The translations under genes and the position numbers were made by a program. A stretch of DNA of 64,000 nt from Deltaproteobacteria bacterium (GTDB lineage Bacteria > Myxococcota_A > UBA9160 > UBA4427), in assembly GCA_016713665.1 (NCBI GenBank), contig JADJOR010000009.1:98778-162777 (forward strand). The letters run 5' to 3'. Shown here one piece after another: positions 47,940 through 58,096 of the stretch. The notes under the pieces were generated by a model. The model was not told where the DNA came from and did not search any database. It saw only the letters and a program-made list of their open reading frames with translations. Each line of letters starts with the position of its first letter. Within the stretch, counting starts at the first letter, position 1.

Positions 47940-48760
47940 CGTCCTGACTCCTGTGCAATGGGTCCCATCTTCAGCTCGTCGACGGAGCTGCCGCCGTCGA
48001 CGGAGATGACCTGACCCGTCACGTGACGGGCCGCGGGCGAGACGAGGAACAGGACGCTCATCGCGACGTCCTGGCCATGGCTGATCACGCCGAGGGGATT
48101 CGTGGCGCGCTGTTCCCCCTGATGGACGGCGTCGGCGAAGCGCTTCATGCCCTCGGTCTCGCCCGTCGCGCCCGGATTCACGCCGTTCACGCGGATCCCG
48201 TGCGGGCCCCACTCGACCGCGCACGATCGCGTCAGCGAGAGGACGCCCGTCTTCGCGGCCGCGACATGGGCTTGATAGGCGACGCCTCGCAGCTCGAAGG
48301 CCGCGGCGATGTTGACGATGTTGCCGCCGCGCTCGCGCATCGAAAGCTCGAAGGCGGCCTTCGAGCAGTTGTAGGTCCCGAGCAGGTCGATGTCGACGAC
48401 GGACTTGAATCCGTTGTAGGAGATCTTCGAGATCGGCGCGGGAAAGTTGCCCGCGGCGTTGTTGACGAGGATGTCGAGGCGGCCGAAGCGCTCGAGAATG
48501 CCCTTCGTGACGCGCTCGACCTCGAAGGCCTTGCGCACGTCGAACTGGTCGACGTGGACCTCGATGCCCTGGCCGCGCAGCTCGGCGGCGGTCGCTTCGC
48601 AGACGTCGCGCCGCCGCGAAGCGATCGCGATCCTCGCGCCGTGTCGGCCGAGCACGCGGGCGATCTCGCGGCCGATGCCGGTGCCCCCACCGGTGACGAA
48701 GGCGACCTGGCCTCGCAGGCAGTCCGGAGCGAAGACGTCGACGGGCTCGGAGAGCGGCAT
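47936..48760 (-). CDS. SDR-family oxidoreductase, 2,4-dienoyl-CoA-reductase (DECR)-like
   Basis: GQVAFVTGGGTGIGREIA, VNNAAGNF, AAAKTGV, and an RVNGVNPG pattern. Confidence 0.75.
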   Translation of the reverse strand: MPLSEPVDVFAPDCLRGQVAFVTGGGTGIGREIARVLGRHGARIAIASRRRDVCEATAAELRGQGIEVHVDQFDVRKAFEVERVTKGILERFGRLDILVNNAAGNFPAPISKISYNGFKSVVDIDLLGTYNCSKAAFELSMRERGGNIVNIAAAFELRGVAYQAHVAAAKTGVLSLTRSCAVEWGPHGIRVNGVNPGATGETEGMKRFADAVHQGEQRATNPLGVISHGQDVAMSVLFLVSPAARHVTGQVISVDGGSSVDELKMGPIAQESGR

Positions 48761-48888
48761 GGGGCGGACGTTACTTCGCCGGTCCCGTCGATCCAATCAC
48801 CGATCCGGAAGATCCCGATGCGTTCCGGTCGCATCCGACGGCGTCGATTCCGCCCTCGCACCGGCCGGAGCGGTGACCCGGTCGGACT

Positions 48889-49389
48889 CTAATCGCCGCC
48901 CGCGGCGGCATGGGACGCAAAGACCCGCACGCCTTCCCGGCCGAAGGCCAGGACGTCGTAGGCCTGATGGCGGGCGGGATCCGGGTGCTCCATGCCCGGG
49001 GAGCCGAGCGGCATCTCGGGCACCGCCAGCCCGGCCACCGCCGGTCGCTCCGCGAGCAGGCGCGCGATGTCCTCCGCCGGGACGTGGCCCTCGATCACGT
49101 AGCCGTCGACCAGCGCCGTATGGCAGGAGCCGAGCTCCGCCGGGACGCCGTTCTCGTTCTTCAGGCTGGTGAGATCCGGCAGATCCGTGGCCGCGACCTC
49201 GAAGCCCGCCGCCTCGAGGTGGGCGATCCATTTCGAGCAACAGCCGCAGGTCGGGGTCTTGAAGACCTGGATCGTGGGATGCTCGGGCGCCGTGTTGCGG
49301 CAGCCGCTCGACGCCACGGCAGCGAGGGCCAGCCCCAGGATGGCCACGAAAGATCCCAGCCCCGGTCCCCGTGTCGTCTTGCGGTGCAC
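48889..49389 (-). CDS. DUF411 (CopG-type) periplasmic metal-binding protein
   Basis: A signal/lipobox-like AAVASSGC, then FKTPTCGCCSKWIAHL and GSCHTALVDGYVIEGHVP. GTG start with AAGGAG upstream. Confidence 0.75.
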   Translation of the reverse strand: MHRKTTRGPGLGSFVAILGLALAAVASSGCRNTAPEHPTIQVFKTPTCGCCSKWIAHLEAAGFEVAATDLPDLTSLKNENGVPAELGSCHTALVDGYVIEGHVPAEDIARLLAERPAVAGLAVPEMPLGSPGMEHPDPARHQAYDVLAFGREGVRVFASHAAAGGD

Positions 49390-49540
49390 GTCTTCTCCTT
49401 CGCCCGGTTCACGCGGCCGAGCGCCGCGCTGGATCGAGGACTGCGAACGCGGCCCGCGATTCCAGTAGCAAGCTCGACGTCCCGACCCCTCGATCGGCAT
49501 CGACTCTAACGGCCGAGCGGCCGGCCAGCGAGCCAACGCA

Positions 49541-49579
49541 AACGGCGCCGCTCCTCTCCGAGAGAGAAGCGGCGCCGTT
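49541..49579. terminator. Long GC-rich hairpin (18 bp, one mismatch, 3-nt loop) between the PEP-CTERM gene and DUF411 gene
   Basis: AACGGCGCCGCTCCTCTC-CGA-GAGAGAAGCGGCGCCGTT. No clear U tract. Confidence 0.45.
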
Positions 49580-49662
49580 GGTTCAGTCCGTCACGCCGTG
49601 GGCGGCGACGGTCGGTTCACACGGCCCGCACCCGGCGGGTTTGCAGCCGCGTGCCGGCGAAA

Positions 49663-50346
49663 CTAGGCCTTGCCCGAGCGAACGGTCGCCCGACCGGCAT
49701 ACGACAGACCACCGAGGCCGAGCGCCATCAGCAGCGCAGTCGTGGGCTCCGGAATCGGGTTCGGGACGCGCCCCTCGAGCAGCGCGTGTCGGATGCCATG
49801 GCCGCGGCTCCGGCCCCTTCCGCGGCTGAGCTCGTTCTCGATGCGCAGTCCCGAGGCCTGGACCGCGAAATCCTGCCCGTAGAAGAGGGCGATCGTCAGG
49901 TCCTGGGTCTCGTGGGTCAACGTGAAGGTCACCGTCGTTCCGGTCTTCGCCGAGAAGCGGATGCCGAAGTCACAGGGGCACGCCGTACCGCTGCGGCCGA
50001 GACCATGGCTCTTCCGCGACTTGCCGACGTCATTCGCGTCGAAGTGGACCGCGCGGGAGCTCGCACCGACGATCGAGAGGCCGCTCAGGAGGCTCTCGTT
50101 CGCGACGTGGGCGAACACGCCCCGCACATCGCCCTTGGCGGCGTCGACCTGGGCCGTGATCACGAGATTGCCGGGGTCGCTGCCGTCATCGATCGTGATC
50201 GTGCCGGTCAGCGCGGGGCCGTAGGTCGACGAGAGCGGGGCGGAGACGGTCGCGGCGCTCGCGGCGGAGGCGAGGGCCAGGCCGATCAGGGAAAACAGCG
50301 TCGGGAAGAGCAGGAACGAGGGCTTGCATCGGCTCTGAAACAACAT
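49663..50346 (-). CDS. PEP-CTERM-anchored secreted protein of unknown function
   Basis: Signal MLFQSRCKPSFLLFPTLFSLIGLALASAASA. C-terminus NPIPEPTTALLMALGLGGLSYAGRA. GGAG upstream of ATG 50346. Confidence 0.7.
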   Translation of the reverse strand: MLFQSRCKPSFLLFPTLFSLIGLALASAASAATVSAPLSSTYGPALTGTITIDDGSDPGNLVITAQVDAAKGDVRGVFAHVANESLLSGLSIVGASSRAVHFDANDVGKSRKSHGLGRSGTACPCDFGIRFSAKTGTTVTFTLTHETQDLTIALFYGQDFAVQASGLRIENELSRGRGRSRGHGIRHALLEGRVPNPIPEPTTALLMALGLGGLSYAGRATVRSGKA

Positions 50347-50608
50347 GAGCAACTCCGTAGACACGCCGGCGGCGGCGTGTGGCCGATTGAACGGAGCGCG
50401 CAATGGACGCACTCCTGGTGGGCTCATGTGGTCGGGGCAGGTCGGAAATCGCAGAAATTTTTTGCGGGGCTGGCAGATCGGTCGGGTCCGGCGGGCTGAC
50501 GGTGTGTAAGGAGTGCGCCCGGGTCGCGTTCCGGGCCGAGGCGCGCCAAAGTCCGCCCGGCTGGCGGTGCATTCCGCGCCGCCCACGGCACAGCGGGAAC
50601 CGGCAAGC

Positions 50609-51358
50609 ATGCGGCGATTCGAAGGCAGGGTGGCGTTCGTGACGGGGGCGGCGGCGGGGATCGGGCGGGCGACGGCGGTGCGCCTCGCCTCGGAGGGGGC
50701 CTCGCTCCATCTGATCGATCTGGCGGAGGAGGGTCTCGCCGAGACGGCGCGGCTCTGTCGCGAGCAGGGCGCGCAAGTCGCTCACGCGCGTTGCGACGTG
50801 ACCCGCGAGGCCGAGATCCGGGCGAACGTGCAGGCCTGCGTCGAGCGCTTCGGACGCCTCGACGTGCTCTGCAACATCGCGGGGATCATCCTGCTGCAGC
50901 ACTTCGACCGGATCACGGTCGATCAGTTCCGCAAGGTCCTCGAGGTCAACCTCGTCGGCACGTTCATGCTATGCCAGGCGGCGCTGCCCCATCTGCTCGC
51001 CACCCGCGGTGCGATCGTCAACACGTCCTCGACCTCGGCGCTCGCGGGGCTGCCCTACGGCTCGGCCTACGGCACCAGCAAGGGCGGTGTCAGCGCGCTC
51101 ACACGGACGCTCGCGGTCGAGTTCGGGAAGAAGGGCCTGCGCTGCAACGCGGTCAATCCGGGGTCGATCAAGACCGCCATGTCGGGTCAGGGCATCATGC
51201 CCGAGAGCCCGGACATGCAGCTGATGGCGCGGACGATGTCGCTCTCGAAGCCGCAGGGCCCGGAGGTCGTCGCGGCGGTGATCGCGATGCTCGCCTCCGA
51301 CGACGGCATCCACATCAACGGCGAGGAGATCCGCGTCGACGGCGGGACGCTCGCCTAG
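50609..51358 (+). CDS. SDR-family oxidoreductase
   Basis: GRVAFVTGAAAGIGRA, NIAG, YGTSKGG. Confidence 0.85.
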   Translation: MRRFEGRVAFVTGAAAGIGRATAVRLASEGASLHLIDLAEEGLAETARLCREQGAQVAHARCDVTREAEIRANVQACVERFGRLDVLCNIAGIILLQHFDRITVDQFRKVLEVNLVGTFMLCQAALPHLLATRGAIVNTSSTSALAGLPYGSAYGTSKGGVSALTRTLAVEFGKKGLRCNAVNPGSIKTAMSGQGIMPESPDMQLMARTMSLSKPQGPEVVAAVIAMLASDDGIHINGEEIRVDGGTLA

Positions 51359-52116
51359 GAGCCCGGCGAGAGCGCGAGGAAGAGCAGCGCTGCCACGAGC
51401 GAGGCGCCGCCGAGCGCCCAGCCCGCCCGCGTCCGGGGCGAGGTCGTCTCGAGCCAGAACTGGAAGAGCCGCGCCTGCATCGAGCCCTTGCTCTCGTTGA
51501 GATGCGGGAAGGGCTCGTCCGGCACCGGCACGCCGAGGAACGCGCAGAGCGGCCCCCAGCCCTGCTTGACGTCGAATACGAGCAGCTTCTCCTTCGGCAC
51601 CGTCGCGATCACCTCGGCGTTGTGGCGCAGGAACTCGGCGATGTTCGAGTCGTGCTCGATCCGCCCCTTCATCTGGCCGTCCCGGATCAGGACGTCGAGG
51701 ATGTCGATCGCACGGCGCACGCGCGGAACGAAGCGCGCGATCACGCGCATGAAGCCGATCCCCTCGAAGAGCGTCTGCCACGAGACGAACCAGCGCTCGG
51801 GTTCGCGTACGTTGAGGACGACCTTCGCGTCCGGGAACGCCTCCATCAGCTCCTCGTAGTAGAGGCAGGTCGGATGGTCCATGCACGCCGCATAACGTCC
51901 GAGCAGTCGCGACCACTGGATCGGCGACGGCCGGCCTTCGGCGAGCGCATGGGCGTGCTCGGACCAGAGCTCGAGATGGCCGTCGTTGTAGCCGGGGCGG
52001 GCCTTCAGGATCTCTCGCATGTGGTAGCAGGGACCGAAGCCGAGGATCTCGAGAGCCGCCTTCATGCTGACGGTTCCCGTGCGGCCGAAGCCGGCGCCGA
52101 TGATCTCGAGGGACAT
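51355..52116 (-). CDS. Sulfotransferase-family protein (P-loop PAPS-binding type) with C-terminal hydrophobic tail
   Basis: IIGAGFGRTGTVSMKAAL (5'-PSB-like loop) and a C-terminal GWALGGASLVAALLFLAL. GGGAGG lies 5 nt upstream of ATG 52116. Confidence 0.65.
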   Translation of the reverse strand: MSLEIIGAGFGRTGTVSMKAALEILGFGPCYHMREILKARPGYNDGHLELWSEHAHALAEGRPSPIQWSRLLGRYAACMDHPTCLYYEELMEAFPDAKVVLNVREPERWFVSWQTLFEGIGFMRVIARFVPRVRRAIDILDVLIRDGQMKGRIEHDSNIAEFLRHNAEVIATVPKEKLLVFDVKQGWGPLCAFLGVPVPDEPFPHLNESKGSMQARLFQFWLETTSPRTRAGWALGGASLVAALLFLALSPGS

Positions 52117-52379
52117 GGATGCCTCCCATTTTGAAGTCCCGGACGTCGGACGTCTGGCACTCGAAGGTCCGGCAAGCGATCGGCAGAACGGGTGCAGCGC
52201 TGGAGATCGGTCGAGCGCTCGCCGACGAGCGAGCGGCCGATCGCAGCCTGACGTTAGGAAGCTTCGCGGCAGAACTCAGTCGGGAATGTGACCGAGATCA
52301 ACTTCCTGTTTGTCGGGACCGAACAGCATCAGGTGAAAACTCCACATCGCCGTGGAGGTTCATGCCGAGGTTCCCTGCC

Positions 52380-53129
52380 ATGTCCCGACGAGAGCGCGAG
52401 CGAGAGTCGAATCGAACCCACGAGGCCGTGAGTCGCAGCGCGAACGGCTCGCGGGCCCGAGTGGAGCTCGGCCGGGCCATCGGCCTGATGCTCGCCGCGG
52501 CGTTCGTCTCCGCCGCCGCCCCGCAAGAGGCCGCCGCCACCCGCATCAACAGCGCCGGGGATCCGGCGCTCTCCGGGGCCCTCGTCCAGAGCTTCGACAC
52601 GGCGACCGTCGGCTACTTCACGAGCCAATCGTTCCTGACCGGCGCGAACGGCTTCACGATCGCGGCGGTCACCGGAAACGTCCACATCGACGACGTCTTC
52701 TGCGGCGACTTCGGCACGAGCGGGCGGTGCTTCGACACGGTCGACTCGTCGGGGGCGGCGAACGACGACGTCGACATCACGTTCACCGGCGCGGGTGTGA
52801 CCGCCTTCGGCTTCGCCTTGAACGCCCTCGACGTCAACTGGACGATCCAGACCTTCGGCGCCGGCAGCGTCCTGCTCGGGACCTACACCGTCAACAGCCA
52901 GAGCCCCGGGCTCACCGGCAACAATCGCCGTGGCTATTTCGGCGCGACCGAGACGGCGGCGATCCAGTCGATCCAGATCCGCTCGGCGGGAAGTGACCGC
53001 GCGCTGATCGACAACTTCGCCTTCGTTCCGGTGCCCGAGCCGACCACCGCGTTGCTCTTCGGCCTCGGCCTGGTGGGGCTCGCGATCGCGGGCTCGCGCC
53101 GCAGCCCGCTCGGCGAGCGAGCGCGCTAG
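52380..53129 (+). CDS. PEP-CTERM-anchored secreted protein of unknown function
   Basis: Signal-like GLMLAAAFVSAAAPQEAAA. C-terminus FVPVPEPTTALLFGLGLVGLAIAGSRRS. An alternative in-frame ATG exists at 52362. Confidence 0.7.
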   Translation: MSRRERERESNRTHEAVSRSANGSRARVELGRAIGLMLAAAFVSAAAPQEAAATRINSAGDPALSGALVQSFDTATVGYFTSQSFLTGANGFTIAAVTGNVHIDDVFCGDFGTSGRCFDTVDSSGAANDDVDITFTGAGVTAFGFALNALDVNWTIQTFGAGSVLLGTYTVNSQSPGLTGNNRRGYFGATETAAIQSIQIRSAGSDRALIDNFAFVPVPEPTTALLFGLGLVGLAIAGSRRSPLGERAR

Positions 53130-54757
53130 GGCGTCGTCGGCTGGCTGGTCGGGCTGGTCCCGCCCGTCTGCCGGCGCCGGCGCCGGGAGTCGCGCTCGAG
53201 GAGCTCCTTCTTCGTCGCATCGTCGACGAGCACACCGCGCTGCGCCGTGGCGTCGAAGATCTCCTTGCTGAAGGGGAGCTCGTTCTTCCAGCCGGGCTGC
53301 AGCAGCGAGGACGGGACGACGGCGAGCGCCCAGTCCTTCGGCGCGACCCAGCCGGGCGGGGCGACGAGCGTGCTGCGCGTGCCGGCCATCGGATGCTGGC
53401 GGCGCCACTCCGACAGCAGTCGCTGCATCCGCTGCAGGACGGCCGGATGCCGGCCGGCGAGGTCGTCCTTCTCCTCCGGATCGGCTTCGATGTCGAAGAG
53501 CAGATTCCGGACCTTCGTCTCGGTCTGCTGCTCCTGCAGGATCTGCACGAGCTTGAAGCGGCCGTCGAAGAGCGCGAGATGGATCGTGCCGGGGATCGGG
53601 ATCTCCGAGGCGAAGCCGACCGGCTTCGTGCGCAGGACGCGCTGGCTGCGGGCGATGGCGGGCCACAGGTCGAGTCCGTCGAGGGCGACGCTGCTCTTGA
53701 TCGGCGCGCCGGTCGCGCTCGCGAGGCTCGGCATCACGTCCATCACCGTCATCATCGCCTCGAGCTTGCTCCCCGCTTCGAGCCGATCCGGCCAGCGCAC
53801 GGCCGCCACCACGCGGATCCCGCCCTCGAAGGTCTGGCCCTTGAAGCCGCGCAGCGGCGCGTTGACGCCACCGAAGGCGTTCGTGCCGCCGTTGTCGGAG
53901 GCGAAGAAGACGATCGTCTCCTCGGCGATCTCCTCCTCGTCGAGGGCCGCCAGGATCTGGCCGATCGCCTGGTCCATCTCGTCGACCATCGCGGCGTAGA
54001 CCCGCCGGTAGCCGGCCAGCGGGAGCGTCGAATACTTGTCGATCGTCTCCTTCGGCGCCTGCATCGGGCTGTGGGGGGCCGTGAACGGGACGTAGAGGAA
54101 GAAGGGCTTCACGGGATCGCGCTCGCGGATGAAGCGCACCGCCTCCCGCGCTTCGAGATGGGTCAGGTACTCACCGCCCGCCTGGACGGGCTTGCCGTCC
54201 TCCTGGAGGTCGTGGCCGCTCTCGCGGGTGTGTTTGTAGTAGTTGGTGTTGGTGTGGAGATGACCGTAGAAATGGTCGAAGCCCTGGGCCCGGGGCAGCT
54301 GATGCTCCTGGGCATGACCGAGGTGCCATTTGCCGACGATCGCCGTCTGGTAGCCGTCGTCCTTCAAGACCTCGGCGAGGGTCGTCTCGCTCGGGGCGAG
54401 CCCGTTCACGTTCCACGGGTTGATCTGGTCGTAGGCGATGCCGAGCTTGATGGGGTCGCGGCCGGTCAGGAGGGCGGCGCGGGTCGGTGAGCAGATCGGC
54501 GCCGCATAATATCGATCGAGTACGACGCCCTCCCGGGCGATGCGATCGATCGAGGGCGTCTCGATCGGGCCACCGTGGAAGCCGACGTCCGCCCAGCCGA
54601 GGTCGTCGGCGAGCAGGACGACCACGTTCGGCTGGCGCGCCGCCGCCGGCGCGGCGAACAGGCCGGCGCAGACGACCAGCAGGAGCATCGCTCGTCGGCC
54701 CGTACGGGGCCGCGGGCCGTTCGTGCCGTCGTGTCGCCATCGTGTTACCGCGTCCAT
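53126..54757 (-). CDS. Arylsulfatase (formylglycine-dependent, arylsulfatase-B-like ~540 aa)
   Basis: PNVVVLLADDLGWADVGFHGG..AAPICSPTRAALLTGR (CxPxR), GKWHLG, FASDNGG. GGAGGAAG lies upstream of ATG 54757. Confidence 0.85.
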   Translation of the reverse strand: MDAVTRWRHDGTNGPRPRTGRRAMLLLVVCAGLFAAPAAARQPNVVVLLADDLGWADVGFHGGPIETPSIDRIAREGVVLDRYYAAPICSPTRAALLTGRDPIKLGIAYDQINPWNVNGLAPSETTLAEVLKDDGYQTAIVGKWHLGHAQEHQLPRAQGFDHFYGHLHTNTNYYKHTRESGHDLQEDGKPVQAGGEYLTHLEAREAVRFIRERDPVKPFFLYVPFTAPHSPMQAPKETIDKYSTLPLAGYRRVYAAMVDEMDQAIGQILAALDEEEIAEETIVFFASDNGGTNAFGGVNAPLRGFKGQTFEGGIRVVAAVRWPDRLEAGSKLEAMMTVMDVMPSLASATGAPIKSSVALDGLDLWPAIARSQRVLRTKPVGFASEIPIPGTIHLALFDGRFKLVQILQEQQTETKVRNLLFDIEADPEEKDDLAGRHPAVLQRMQRLLSEWRRQHPMAGTRSTLVAPPGWVAPKDWALAVVPSSLLQPGWKNELPFSKEIFDATAQRGVLVDDATKKELLERDSRRRRRQTGGTSPTSQPTTP

Positions 54758-55010
54758 CGCTTCCTCCGCATCGGGCTGCCGTCGGCCGGGAGCTTGACCG
54801 ATCCCGTCCCTTCCTGCCGCGGCGCTGCCGATCGCCTGCGTCCGGCCCGCGGATGCGCCGCGGACGGGGCGCACCCGTCGCCGCGGCGGATTCGCCGTCG
54901 CGCGAAGGCGCGGCCGACTCGCGGCCTCCCGTGTGCCAGCACACACAGGGTCTTCGCTCCGCCGTCGATGGAGACCCAGGACCAGAAACCGGGACGATCG
55001 GAGGCTTCGC

Positions 55011-55658
55011 GTGGCGAGAATCAAGCGACAAAGGCGGGTGCGCTGCAAGCTCCAGTGCGAGATCGTGCAGCCGAACCAGCGCCCGATCCCGGCCCGGCTC
55101 GTGACGCTCTCCGAGGGAGGCTTCGCGGTGATCACGACGCTTCCGCTCGGTCAGGGCGAGTCGATCCGCGTCGTCATCAAGCCGGACAACGGTGGACCGG
55201 CGATCAAGGTTTCGGGCATCGTCTGGAACGAGGCCGAGACGAGCGGCATCGGCACTTCGTCGCGGCTCCACCGCCTGGGCTGCATCGTGTCGGAGCCGCC
55301 GGCCGCCTACATCGCGATCCTCGATCGCCTCGCTCCGCCCGCCCGGCCCGAGCCGATCCCCGTCGCGATCCCCGTCCGTCGACCGGAGTCCATGCCCGAG
55401 GCCGAAACCGCCGAAGCCGACCTGCCGCGCTCGCGCGAGCTCCAGCCCCCGCCGAAGCGCGAGCCCGAGGAGACGCTGCCCTATTTCCGGATCCGCATGA
55501 AGCAGATCGGCGGACCGCGGACGCGCATCCTCACCCTGCGCGCCCGCTCGGCCTCCCACGCCGAGCAGCTCGCCCTCGACGAGCTCGCGCGGGTCTGTCG
55601 GGACTCCGAGGGCTGGGGCGTGCTCCACGTCTCGCGGGTCTCGTCCGGCGGACGCTAG
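55011..55658 (+). CDS. PilZ-like domain protein with uncharacterised C-terminal domain
   Basis: [14 protein letters not shown] .. [11 protein letters not shown] (degenerate RxxxR plus [D/N]xSxxG-like), then [40 protein letters not shown] 55011 has GGAGG 6 nt upstream. An alternative ATG exists at 54933. Confidence 0.5.
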   Translation: MARIKRQRRVRCKLQCEIVQPNQRPIPARLVTLSEGGFAVITTLPLGQGESIRVVIKPDNGGPAIKVSGIVWNEAETSGIGTSSRLHRLGCIVSEPPAAYIAILDRLAPPARPEPIPVAIPVRRPESMPEAETAEADLPRSRELQPPPKREPEETLPYFRIRMKQIGGPRTRILTLRARSASHAEQLALDELARVCRDSEGWGVLHVSRVSSGGR

Positions 55659-58048
55659 GTCCCGGGTCTACGCCAGGCAGGGTCGCCCGCGGCCCCGGGA
55701 TCGAAGCGCGCGAGCCGCGCACTGTTGGTCACGACGAAGAGGCTCGAGAGCGCCATCGAGAGCGCCGCTACCCCGGGCGAGAGCCGCGCGTGCGGGCCCA
55801 GGAGCGGGACGAAGATGCCCGCGGCGAGCGGGATCGCCGCCACGTTGTAGGCGAAGGCCCAGAAGAGATTCTGGTGGATCGTCCGCAGCGTCCGCCGCGC
55901 CAGCACGATCGCGTCGGCCACGGCCGAGAGCTCGCGACGGACGAGGACGACGTCGGCGGCTTCGATCGCGACGTCGGTGCCCGAGCCGAGGGCGATGCCG
56001 ACGTGGGCCGTGGCGAGGGCGGGGGCGTCGTTGATGCCGTCGCCGACCATCGCGACGCGGTGGCCCTTCGCTTTCAGGGACTCGACGAAGGCGGCCTTCT
56101 CACCGGGCAGGACGCCGGCGACGACGGCGTCCTCGGCCAGCCCGAGCGCAGCAGCGATCGAGCGGGCGTGGCTCCGCTCGTCGCCGGTCAGCATCGTGAG
56201 GCCGAGGCCGAGACCGCGCAGCCGCTCGAGCGTCGGCTTCGCCGTCGGATCCGGGACGTCCCCGATCTCGAAGCGCGCCGCCGCGCGGCCGTCGCAGGCG
56301 ACGAAGATCGAGGTCGCCGCCGGCGCGCTCGCGTCGACGTCCTGCCCGTCGAGCGGGGCGTCGGGAGCGCGCGACACGAGTGGCGCGAGGTCGATGCCGA
56401 GGGATTCGAGCCAGCGGCGATTGCCGATCTGCAGCACGTGGCCGTCGACGCGGGCGGCGACGCCCTGGCCGGAGATCGCTTCGAAGTCTTCGACGAGCGG
56501 CGCGGAGGCGGCCACGGCGCGTACTGCGCTGCGTGTCGCGGTCCGCCCGAAGGGCCCGGCATGGGCGTAGGCGACGATCGCGCGGGCGTAGGGGTGCTCG
56601 CTCTCGCGCTCGACCGCCGCCGCGAGGGCGGCGATCTCGTCGAGCGCCACGCCCGGTGCGGCGCTCGCGCGGACGACGGCGGTCGTACCGAGGGTCAGCG
56701 TCCCCGTCTTGTCGAGCACGATCCAGTCGATCCCGCCCGTCGCCTCGAGGGCCGAGGCGCTCTTGATCAGGAGCCCGCGGCGCGCACCGACCCCCGTGCC
56801 CGCGACGAGCGCGAGCGGCGTCGCGAGCCCCATCGCGCAGGGACAGCTGATCAGCAGCGTCGTCGCGGCGAAGAGCAGCGCCGTCGCCACCGGCGAGAGC
56901 TCGGGGAAATAACGCGTCGCACCGATCGCCCACCAGAACGAACCGACCACGCCCGCGAGCGCGACGATCACGGGCACGAAGACCGCGGCGATCCGGTCGA
57001 CCGTCGCCTGGATCGGAGCCCGCGTCGCCTGCGCGTCGCGCACGAGGCGCACGATGCCGGCGAGGGCCGTGTCGTCCGCGACGGCGCGCGCCTCGAAATG
57101 GAGCGTGCCGTTCTGATTGAGCGTGCCGGCGAAGACGCGATCGCCCGGGCCCTTCGCGACGGGCAGGCTCTCGCCCGTCAGCAGCGATTCGTCGACGCGG
57201 CTGCGGCCCGTCTCGACGCGTCCGTCGACGGGGATCTTCTCGCCGGGCTGGACGACGAGGCGATCGCCGACACGGACCTCTTCGATCGCGACCGAAACGA
57301 GCTCGCCGTCGCGGACGACGCGGGCCCGCGCCGGCTGCTCCGCGAGCAGCGCGCGCACCGCGCCCCCGGCGTCCCGCTTGCCCCGGGCCTCGAGGAACTT
57401 CCCGACGCTGACGAGGGTGATGATCATCGCCGCCGACTCGAAGTGGATCGGGAAGAGCTTCGGGTCGAGCTCGAGCACGACGACTCCGAGGCTGTAGAAG
57501 AAGGCGACCAGCGAGCCGAGGGCGACGAGGGTGTCCATGTTGCTCGTGCGCAGGCGCGCCGCGCGCACGGCGCCGGCCAGGAACTCGAAGCCGACCCCGA
57601 ACTGCACGATCGCCGTGAGCCACGCGACGAGCCCGTCGCGCCCGCCCACCCACGCGAGCGCCGGCCGCTCGGGTCCCATGCCGATCAGCATGATCGCCGT
57701 CGAGAGGACGACGCCCACCGCGACCCGGACCCCGCGCAGGCGCGCCTGCCGGGCCTCGCGAAGGGCGTCCTCGGCCCGGGTCGCTTCGTCGGAGGACGCC
57801 GCGGCGCGCCGGATCCGCGCCTCGTAACCCGCGTCGACGACGACGGCGACGATCCGCTCGGCACTCGTCGCCCCGGGATCGAACTCGACGCGTGCCGCGC
57901 CGAGGGCGAAGCTGACCTCGGGCGCGTGCACGCCCGGCGCCGCGAGCAGCGCCTTCCGGATTCCGGCGGCGCAGTTGTCGCAGCTCATCCCGCCGACCTC
58001 GAGCTCGAGGGACTGCAGCGGGGACTTCGCGCGCGAAGGGGACTCCAT
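55655..58048 (-). CDS. copA: Copper-translocating P1B-type ATPase
   Basis: HMA domain [10 protein letters not shown], membrane CPC motif [37 protein letters not shown]. Confidence 0.9.
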   Translation of the reverse strand: MESPSRAKSPLQSLELEVGGMSCDNCAAGIRKALLAAPGVHAPEVSFALGAARVEFDPGATSAERIVAVVVDAGYEARIRRAAASSDEATRAEDALREARQARLRGVRVAVGVVLSTAIMLIGMGPERPALAWVGGRDGLVAWLTAIVQFGVGFEFLAGAVRAARLRTSNMDTLVALGSLVAFFYSLGVVVLELDPKLFPIHFESAAMIITLVSVGKFLEARGKRDAGGAVRALLAEQPARARVVRDGELVSVAIEEVRVGDRLVVQPGEKIPVDGRVETGRSRVDESLLTGESLPVAKGPGDRVFAGTLNQNGTLHFEARAVADDTALAGIVRLVRDAQATRAPIQATVDRIAAVFVPVIVALAGVVGSFWWAIGATRYFPELSPVATALLFAATTLLISCPCAMGLATPLALVAGTGVGARRGLLIKSASALEATGGIDWIVLDKTGTLTLGTTAVVRASAAPGVALDEIAALAAAVERESEHPYARAIVAYAHAGPFGRTATRSAVRAVAASAPLVEDFEAISGQGVAARVDGHVLQIGNRRWLESLGIDLAPLVSRAPDAPLDGQDVDASAPAATSIFVACDGRAAARFEIGDVPDPTAKPTLERLRGLGLGLTMLTGDERSHARSIAAALGLAEDAVVAGVLPGEKAAFVESLKAKGHRVAMVGDGINDAPALATAHVGIALGSGTDVAIEAADVVLVRRELSAVADAIVLARRTLRTIHQNLFWAFAYNVAAIPLAAGIFVPLLGPHARLSPGVAALSMALSSLFVVTNSARLARFDPGAAGDPAWRRPGT

Positions 58049-58096
58049 GGCGGACGACCTCGTCCGCGCGACTCTACCGGTCGCAGGCCGCTTCCG

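Noticed and set aside
52155-52170. Sigma-54 promoter suggested by TGGCAC
   Set aside because: The -12 element is absent: GGTC sits where TTGC is expected after a 5-nt spacer.
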